Shown: one piece after another, positions 29,380 to 36,565 of the stretch
Position numbering within the stretch: the stretch's first letter is position 1
Layout of the letters: every line of letters starts with the position of its first letter
Assembly (NCBI GenBank): GCA_019058315.1
Contig: JAHPZH010000006.1
Coordinates: 96,001 to 160,000, forward strand
Length of the DNA: 64,000 nucleotides
Source: Candidatus Helarchaeota archaeon
GTDB taxonomy: Archaea > Asgardarchaeota > Lokiarchaeia > Helarchaeales > RDOG01
Direction of reading: 5' to 3'
Made by a program: the position numbers and the translations under genes
The notes under the pieces: model-generated
Told to the model about the DNA's origin: nothing
Seen by the model: only the letters and a program-made list of their open reading frames with translations
Database searches by the model: none

Positions 29380-29603
29380 TGGTGGGGTTGAAGGGATTTT
29401 CACCGAAATTTCGATTATTTCGGATTTGAACCCTTGATAAGTCCTCTGGATAAAACTCGTTCATCCAAACGAGTTACTCCTAGTGGTACGCTCCAAAATT
29501 ACATCATCTGGAATCAGTATTTTTATTCTATTTTTCTGGAGCCCGTTGTCATACCGTGTTTTCTTAAGCTCACAATATGTGAACACATCTAGACCACAAC
29601 CCC
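29380..29603 (-). tRNA. tRNA-Trp(CCA); four introns at 15/16 (29559-29588), 37/38 (29475-29535), 43/44 (29441-29468) and 59/60 (29397-29424); CCA encoded
   Basis: Removing 30+61+28+28 nt gives 77-nt GGGGTTG TG GTCT AGCACGGTA TGAC A ACGGG CTCCAGA CTCGT TTATC AAGGG TTCAAAT CCCTT CAACCCC ACCA; BHB helices GTCT/AGAA, CTCC/GGAG, ACTC/GAGG, TTCA/TGAA. Confidence 0.88.
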
Positions 29604-29636
29604 TTTTTATTCAGCTTTTTTAGGAGGTTTTTATGT

Positions 29637-29793
29637 GAGAAAATAATATTTTACCGTGTTCGGAACGAGAACGGATGGTTCCATTGGCCTATGGCCGACC
29701 ACGAATGATCAGCTAACTGGATTTCTCGTTGGCTCTCGCACAACAGAAGTTCCAATAACGCACCAAATGTTTAATTCGGCATATTATTTCCTC
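29637..29793 (-). other. BHB processing stem flanking the permuted 5S rRNA
   Basis: 13-bp outer stem GAGGAAATAATAT (29793-29781) / ATATTATTTTCTC (29649-29637), central helix GCCG/CGGT, 3-nt bulges AA|T and AA|A. Confidence 0.85.
29651..29774 (-). rRNA. rrf: Circularly permuted 5S rRNA gene (canonical 3' half 29774-29706, TTCG linker 29705-29702, canonical 5' half 29701-29651)
   Basis: 5' half TGGTCGGCCATAGGCCAATGG...CCGTTCTCGTTCCGAACACGGTAA has loop C (CCGAAC); 3' half TTAAACATTTGG...GCGAGAGC...AGCTGATCA supplies the helix II partner, helices IV/V with a GAGA loop and the helix I partner. Confidence 0.9.
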
Positions 29794-30194
29794 TTTTTCT
29801 AAGGCGCCATAAATGTTTTCCGTTTTATTAATCATTTTCCATAATTTAAATTTAAACTTCAATTTTTAAAAATTCTAAAGAATTAATTTAAAATTTTTCT
29901 CCATTACTTTTAACTTATTCTAATTTGAAATTTTATGTAAGCTATTAAACCAATAATTTATTATTTTCATCATATAACTTAATGCTTGACGATTTTAAAT
30001 ATTTGGAATAAAATCCAACTGTGTATTATTAACTTAAAATTATTAGTTTCTTAAAATAAAATAGAAAAATATTCATAAATTGATTTTGTATTCAAAAAAT
30101 ATATCTAAAATTTTTCTAAATTTGTTAAAATTAATAAAATTAGGTGAATTTTACATCCCTATATAATTCAATCAAATAATAATTGTGATTAAAG

Positions 30195-31343
30195 ATGGCT
30201 AATGGCACTCCCTCAATTCCTGGATTAACCCCACAAACAGATTATTTTACTATGATTCTTCAAGTTGTTTTTTATGTTTTCTTCTTTATCTTTATGTTTT
30301 ATGGTCAACGTATCCAAATGTGGACTTGGTTAAAAACTATAGAAAATGCAGTTGCAAAGTTGCAATATATGGCTCATGAGGGTAGAGAAATAACTATAAA
30401 TATGATTAAGAATATTGCGAAACCGGAGACCGATCCTAGAAGTCTTGTGGGACAATTTCTGGAATTCTTCATTGTCCAACCTGTAGAAAAAGATCCCGCA
30501 GGAGTCATAAGAAGATTAGAACATGTTCTTGATGTTCGTGAATCTAGATTTAAAGAGCATGTTAAAATCTTAGCACCTAATGTCAATAAGGATGAAGCTG
30601 CAAATATTGAAAATACATTAGAAGCTGCATTATCTGTCAATTTAATTTATCGAATTGTAAAACATTTTTACTTATTGGGTAAAAAGACCAAATCAATGAT
30701 GGTTATTATGCAGATTCAAATGCAATTAAGTCTTATATTGAGAATCGCAAAAGCAATAATGGAGGCTTTAAAAGCTTTTTCACAAGGGAAACCAATTGGA
30801 GATGGTTTGGGACCTTTAGTTATTGCAAATCTTTATCATCGATATAAAAATTCTCAAAATGAACCAAAGACAATACTTGATTACACAGAAGATATCACAG
30901 TCCATGAATTAGAAATTGAAGATAGACATGCATTTTTAGTTCGAGCCACAGGTCCTGGAGCTAGAGTAGGAAAACCAGGTAAAGCTGTTCAAAAGCTAAT
31001 GGATGAATATCAAGATAAAATCAAACGTTTATTCATGATAGATGCTGGTTTAAAACTTGAAGGTGAAAAAACTGGGGATGTGATTGAAGGCGTTGGTGCA
31101 GTTATAGGAGGACCCGGTGTTGAAAAATATAAGATTGAAGAAAGTGGTGTAAAATATAATCTACCAATGGATGGTTATGTAGTAAAAGAATCCGAAATTG
31201 ATGCATACGGTCCAATGAAACAAGATATTTCAAAATCTGTAAATAAAGTAATTGAAATGTTAAAAAATGGAATTCAAGAGCGAACAGAAAAAGGTGACAC
31301 TATTATCATCTGTGGTGTAGGAAATACTATCGGAATCGGATAA
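30195..31343 (+). CDS. DUF1512 family protein
   Basis: DP.GVIRRLEH.L, PIGDGLGP, GPGARVGKPG, IDAGLKLEGEKTG, GVGNTIGIG. Confidence 0.85.
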   Translation: MANGTPSIPGLTPQTDYFTMILQVVFYVFFFIFMFYGQRIQMWTWLKTIENAVAKLQYMAHEGREITINMIKNIAKPETDPRSLVGQFLEFFIVQPVEKDPAGVIRRLEHVLDVRESRFKEHVKILAPNVNKDEAANIENTLEAALSVNLIYRIVKHFYLLGKKTKSMMVIMQIQMQLSLILRIAKAIMEALKAFSQGKPIGDGLGPLVIANLYHRYKNSQNEPKTILDYTEDITVHELEIEDRHAFLVRATGPGARVGKPGKAVQKLMDEYQDKIKRLFMIDAGLKLEGEKTGDVIEGVGAVIGGPGVEKYKIEESGVKYNLPMDGYVVKESEIDAYGPMKQDISKSVNKVIEMLKNGIQERTEKGDTIIICGVGNTIGIG

Positions 31344-31355
31344 GGGGCAATATTA

Positions 31356-31988
31356 ATGTCTTTAAATGGCGAAAAAAAATCTAAAAGTAGTAGTATATTT
31401 CAAGCACTTAGTACTATATTATTTATTATAAGTTTTTTTCTTATTTTATCTGCTTTTGGATTAATACCAAATTTTCCAATGGATCAAAATTTTTTGACTT
31501 ATGGTATGATCTTATTAGTACCTGCGTTTCTATTTTTAATTTTAAGTGTTTTAACAGGAGTGAGCAAAGAAGTTAAAAAATTAGAAGAATTTACAACAAT
31601 AAAATGCCAAAATTCTTCATGTCAATATGTTTTAATCAGGGATTTTAATAAAAAAGACTTTGTGTTTAAAGAATTGGAAGCATCTTGTCCAAAATGTAAT
31701 TCAACAATGTATATAACAGATATTTCTTCTATTCCTACAAAGAAGATTAAAGAAGATACTAAGAAAGAAATTCGCTCAAAAAAACCAAAACTTGATAAAA
31801 AAGAAAAGAATTATAAAACGATAACCACTTTTAAATGTGAAAATTCAGACTGTGATTTTATTAAAACAAGAAATTTTGAAATAAATGATTATATTTTTAA
31901 AAAAATTGACGATAGTACTTGTTCAAAGTGTGGTTCGACTTTATATATTTCTGAAATAAGCCATTTAATTCCAAAAAAAGTTTCTTAA
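31356..31988 (+). CDS. Membrane-anchored protein with two tandem Zn-ribbon repeats
   Basis: Two N-terminal TM helices; the repeat KC....C......R.F...D..FK....C.KC.ST.YI..I occurs twice. Confidence 0.75.
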   Translation: MSLNGEKKSKSSSIFQALSTILFIISFFLILSAFGLIPNFPMDQNFLTYGMILLVPAFLFLILSVLTGVSKEVKKLEEFTTIKCQNSSCQYVLIRDFNKKDFVFKELEASCPKCNSTMYITDISSIPTKKIKEDTKKEIRSKKPKLDKKEKNYKTITTFKCENSDCDFIKTRNFEINDYIFKKIDDSTCSKCGSTLYISEISHLIPKKVS

Positions 31989-32078
31989 TCTTTGATTAGA
32001 AATAAATTATTTGAATTAAAATAGTTCTTTTTAGTTTGCATATAAAGCATTTAAGTCTTTGAAACTCCTATTTTTTTT

Positions 32079-32552
32079 ATGAAAAAAAAATTCTCTTTAG
32101 TAGGTTTCTCTGGAACATTTGGACCTCTTCATATTGGACACAAACAACTGTTTAGAAAAGCATTTGAGGTTAGCGAGAAAGTGATGGTAGGAATTACAGA
32201 TGATTCCATGACAATAAAAAAAGAGTGTGCCGAATTAATAGCACCATATTCGGAGAGAAAAGCAGCAATTATAAATTTTTTAAAAGAAGAAGGATATTCA
32301 GAAAATGTAATTTTTATAAAATTAACTGATAATTATGGTCCAGCTATTGAGGACAAAGGGTTAGAAGCATTAATTCTAAGTAAAGAGACTGCCTATATGG
32401 GAGATAAAATAAATGAAATTCGAAAAGAACGAAATTTGAAACCTTTAGATTATGTCACTGTAGATTTAATTCTTGCAAAAGATGGAAAACGCATTTCTTC
32501 AACCCGAATTAGAAAAAAAGAGATAGATCCTGATGGAAATGTTTTAGAGTGA
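32079..32552 (+). CDS. coaD: Phosphopantetheine adenylyltransferase (archaeal type)
   Basis: GTF..LHIGH, VGITDD, D.YGP, S.ET, IN..R, RISSTRIR..EID..G. Confidence 0.9.
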   Translation: MKKKFSLVGFSGTFGPLHIGHKQLFRKAFEVSEKVMVGITDDSMTIKKECAELIAPYSERKAAIINFLKEEGYSENVIFIKLTDNYGPAIEDKGLEALILSKETAYMGDKINEIRKERNLKPLDYVTVDLILAKDGKRISSTRIRKKEIDPDGNVLE

Positions 32553-32611
32553 AGTTTTAATGTTATTTTTTATTATTCAATGTATTGAATTTTTAATATA
32601 GTTGAAATTAA

Positions 32612-34159
32612 ATGTCTAAAAATCTTATAGCAGTATCAGAAGCTGAAATAACAATCCTTAAAAGTTTGAAAAAACTCGGAGGAAAAGCTAGTCCCGAACA
32701 GATTGCTGACCATGCTAATTTACCTTTAATTAAAGTTAAATCAAGTAAATCCTTTCTTTGGGATAAAGGATTAATAGATTTTAAAGATTCGGAGATAATC
32801 AATTATTACGCAACTAATGAGGGAGTTAATTATGCAATTAGTGATTTACCTGAAATTCAAATAATTAATTTTCTAAAAAATAATCCCAAATCTAATATAC
32901 AAAGTATGAATAAAAAAATAGAAAGGCAAATTCTCAATATTGGGATAAAATGGGCAAAGAAAAAAAAATGGATCTCAACAATTAAGGAAGATAATGAAAC
33001 TAAATTTGTTCTTACAAAATCAGGGAAAAAAATTAACCTACCTCTCGAATCAAAAATATTAAAAATCTTTTCATCAGCTGAGATTAGTCACACTGAAGAA
33101 TCTTTAATGGATGCATTTCCAAGTTTGAAAACAAATATATCGCCTCTTACAGAATTGAAAAAAAGAAATCTAATTAAATCTAAAAAGAAAGTTAAATCTA
33201 TTTTCATAATTAAAGATTTCAATTTCAATGATTTAACTACTAAACAAATAACAAAATTAACTAGAGATGATATATTAAGCGGTTCTTGGAAATCTGCAAA
33301 AATAAAACCATATAATATTTCTAGTTCACCTCCCGTAATTTATCCTGGAAAGAAACAACCCTATTTAGAATTACTCGATGAAGTTCGTGAAATACTTGTT
33401 GGAATGGGCTTTCAAGAAGAAATTGGCCCTATTGTAGAGGCAGAATTCTTCAATTTTGATGCATTATTTCAAGCTCAAGATCATCCTGCACGTGAAATTC
33501 ATGACTCTTATATTCTAAAATTTCCCCAATTTGCAAATCTTAAAAGGAATTCTTATATAACAAATGTAGAACAAACGCATGTTGATGGTTGGGAAACTGG
33601 ATCAATTGGTTGGGGGTCATTTGATTTTGAATTGTCTATGAGATTAATTCTTCGTACACAAACTACTGCTGTTTCAATTAGAAAGCTTATTGAAGTTAAT
33701 GAACCTCCTATCCGCATGTTTTGTCTTGATAAAGTATTTAGACCTGATGTCTTGGATGCAAAGCATGCTGTTGAATTTCACCAACTTGAAGGAATAGTTC
33801 TTGGTGAAAATTTAAATTTAAGACAATTATTAGGTGTTCTTTCACAATTTGGAAAAGAATTAGGGTTTGAAGATATTAAATTTAAACCTGGGTATTTCCC
33901 ATTTACTTGCCCTAGTGTAGAAGCTTTTGTTAAGCACCCAAAGCTTGGATGGATTGAAATTCTCGGCAGTGGTCTATTTCGTCCCGAGGTTTTGATCCCA
34001 CTGGGTGTTGATTATCCCAAAGTTCAATGCATCGCATTTGGAATCGGAATTGGTCGTTTAGCAATGATTAGACTAGGTTTAGATGATATCAGAGAGCTTC
34101 ATTCTCAGAATTTGAATTATTTACGAAATACATCAGTAGTAATTTCGAAAAAAATGTGA
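32612..34159 (+). CDS. pheS: Phenylalanine--tRNA ligase alpha subunit
   Basis: NFDALF..QDHPARE, LRTQTT, H..EFHQLEG, FPFT.PS.E, GIGRLAM. Confidence 0.97.
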   Translation: MSKNLIAVSEAEITILKSLKKLGGKASPEQIADHANLPLIKVKSSKSFLWDKGLIDFKDSEIINYYATNEGVNYAISDLPEIQIINFLKNNPKSNIQSMNKKIERQILNIGIKWAKKKKWISTIKEDNETKFVLTKSGKKINLPLESKILKIFSSAEISHTEESLMDAFPSLKTNISPLTELKKRNLIKSKKKVKSIFIIKDFNFNDLTTKQITKLTRDDILSGSWKSAKIKPYNISSSPPVIYPGKKQPYLELLDEVREILVGMGFQEEIGPIVEAEFFNFDALFQAQDHPAREIHDSYILKFPQFANLKRNSYITNVEQTHVDGWETGSIGWGSFDFELSMRLILRTQTTAVSIRKLIEVNEPPIRMFCLDKVFRPDVLDAKHAVEFHQLEGIVLGENLNLRQLLGVLSQFGKELGFEDIKFKPGYFPFTCPSVEAFVKHPKLGWIEILGSGLFRPEVLIPLGVDYPKVQCIAFGIGIGRLAMIRLGLDDIRELHSQNLNYLRNTSVVISKKM

Positions 34160-34269
34160 ATTTTTAAGTCCAGCTTAAGAATAATATTTGTCTACATCTA
34201 CACTTTAAAAAACATATTTTTTATTTTTCATAACATTAATTATGAGAATTTTAAACAAAAACTTAATTT

Positions 34270-36474
34270 TTGGTGAAAATTATTAAAATTGAATCATTAA
34301 AGATCCCAGAATCAGTAAAAAATATTTTAAAACAGGAAAAATATATTGAGCTTTACCCTCCTCAAGCAGAAGCGATAAAAAAGGGAGTGCTAAATGGAAG
34401 AAATTTAGTTCTTGCAATACCAACTGCATCTGGTAAAACTCTAATTTCTGAGTTAGCTATGTTAAAATCCATAATAGAAAAAAATGGAAAGGCAGTTTAT
34501 CTAGTTCCATTACGTGCTCTAGCAAATGAAAAATATGAAAGTTTTAAAAAATGGGAAAAAATAGGTGTGACGGTGAATATTTCCACTAGTGATTATGATA
34601 ATAAAGACCCATGGCTAAAAAAATATCAATTAATCATAAGCACAAACGAAAAATTTGATTCTTTGATAAGACATCAAGTAAAATGGATTAATGATATAAC
34701 TGTATTTGTCTTTGATGAAGTTCATTTAATGAATGACCCTCAACGAGGACCTACTTTAGAAATTTTAATTACGACGATAATGCAATTTGTTAAAAATGCA
34801 CAAATTATTGCTCTTAGTGCTACAGTACAAAATGCAGAACAAATTGCTGAATGGCTGAATGCATCAGTTGTCATTAGTGATTGGCGCCCAGTTAAATTAA
34901 ATGAGGGAGTATATTTCGATGATTCTATTTATTTTTCGGATAAACAAGTAAAATTATCAAAGATTTATTCAGATCCTATTGTTGATATAGTAGTTGATAC
35001 GATTAAAAATAAAAAACAAGCTTTAATATTCACAGATACGAGACGTTCTGCTGCTGGAATAGCAAACAGAATTTCAAAATATATTCTTAAATATTTGAAA
35101 ATATCAGATCGAAGGGCGCTAGAATCAATCGCAAATCAAATTTTATCTATAGGAGAGAAGACCAAGATTCGCCAAAAATTAGCTGATCTAATCATTAAAG
35201 GCGTAGCATTTCACCATGCTGGTCTTATTTCAGGACAGCGAAAACTAATTGAAACATCTTTCAAAGATAATAAAATAAAAATTATATGTGCCACTCCGAC
35301 TTTGGCAGCAGGGGTTAATTTACCTGCCCGAAGAGTCGTTATTTCTAAATATACTAGGTTTGATGTTAATTTTGGCCCACAACCTATTCCAGTTTTAGAA
35401 TATAAACAATTTGCGGGAAGAGCTGGAAGACCAAAATATGACACAGAAGGCGAGTCAATATTGATTTCTAATACCGAAAATGAAAAAGAGTTTCTAATGA
35501 ATAATTACATATTAGGTGAACCAGAACCAATTAATTCCAGATTAATACAAGAATCTGTTTTGAGAACTCATATATTAGCATTAATAGCACGAGGTACAGG
35601 ACTAGCAAAAAAAGATATTGAAAATTTTATAGAAACTACTTTTTTGGCACATCAAAGTATTTTTGATGATTTTTATTCAATAATAGATAATGTGATTGAT
35701 TTTTTAATGGATGAAGAATTAATTGAACAAAAAAATAATCTTCTTATTCCTACAAAATTAGGAAAAAGAATTGCTCAGTTATATATTGACCCCAAAAGTG
35801 GAATAATTTTAAAAAATGCGATTTTAAATCTTAATGATGCCAATATTAATACAGTAGGAATTTTACACTTAATAACGCGAACCGAGGATATTCCTAAGTT
35901 ATATTTGAGAAAAAAGGATTATGAAGAATTAAAACCATTCATTATTAAACACTTGGACGACTTTTTCTTTGATATTGAAGAAAATGAATGGATTTTTTCT
36001 GAAATGAAAGTTGCTTCTTTAATATATCTATGGATAAACGAAGTAGATGAAAATACAATAATATCTAAGTTTGGTATTGGTTCAGGAGACATCCATAGAT
36101 ACGTTGAATTATATGATTGGTTAATTTATGCTTTTCATGAAATTGCTAAATTATATAAAAGAACGAAATTGAAAGAATTTGTGAAAAATTTACAAATGAG
36201 AATAAAATATGGTATTAAAGAAGAATTATTAGAATTAGTTAGTTTAAAAGGGATAGGTAGGGTTAGAGCCAGAATTCTTAATAATCATGGATATACTTCA
36301 ATTGACTTATTGAAAAAAGCTAAAGAGAAAGATCTAATGAGATTAGAATATTTTGGTCCTGAATTAATAAAATCCATTTATGAACAAATAGGAGTGACTA
36401 TTGGGAAATTAACATCAAGTTCTACACAAGATAAACTTAAATTAAACCAAAAAAGCATTGATGACTATATTTAA
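34270..36474 (+). CDS. hel308: Ski2-like DNA helicase Hel308
   Basis: PTASGKT, DEVH, LSAT, FHHAGL, TPTLAAGVNLPA, GRAGRP, C-terminal GIGRVRAR HhH. Confidence 0.93.
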   Translation: MVKIIKIESLKIPESVKNILKQEKYIELYPPQAEAIKKGVLNGRNLVLAIPTASGKTLISELAMLKSIIEKNGKAVYLVPLRALANEKYESFKKWEKIGVTVNISTSDYDNKDPWLKKYQLIISTNEKFDSLIRHQVKWINDITVFVFDEVHLMNDPQRGPTLEILITTIMQFVKNAQIIALSATVQNAEQIAEWLNASVVISDWRPVKLNEGVYFDDSIYFSDKQVKLSKIYSDPIVDIVVDTIKNKKQALIFTDTRRSAAGIANRISKYILKYLKISDRRALESIANQILSIGEKTKIRQKLADLIIKGVAFHHAGLISGQRKLIETSFKDNKIKIICATPTLAAGVNLPARRVVISKYTRFDVNFGPQPIPVLEYKQFAGRAGRPKYDTEGESILISNTENEKEFLMNNYILGEPEPINSRLIQESVLRTHILALIARGTGLAKKDIENFIETTFLAHQSIFDDFYSIIDNVIDFLMDEELIEQKNNLLIPTKLGKRIAQLYIDPKSGIILKNAILNLNDANINTVGILHLITRTEDIPKLYLRKKDYEELKPFIIKHLDDFFFDIEENEWIFSEMKVASLIYLWINEVDENTIISKFGIGSGDIHRYVELYDWLIYAFHEIAKLYKRTKLKEFVKNLQMRIKYGIKEELLELVSLKGIGRVRARILNNHGYTSIDLLKKAKEKDLMRLEYFGPELIKSIYEQIGVTIGKLTSSSTQDKLKLNQKSIDDYI

Positions 36475-36565
36475 AAAAAATAAATTCCAATTTAATAGAG
36501 ATTTTAACAATGTTCTTAGCCAATTCAGTTTTTTACTAATAATGAATAAATTTGGAGTATAAGGT

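Noticed and set aside
29651-29701. Truncated 5S rRNA pseudogene
   Set aside because: The missing 3' half lies immediately upstream with all helices intact and a BHB at the exact junction, so permutation fits better.
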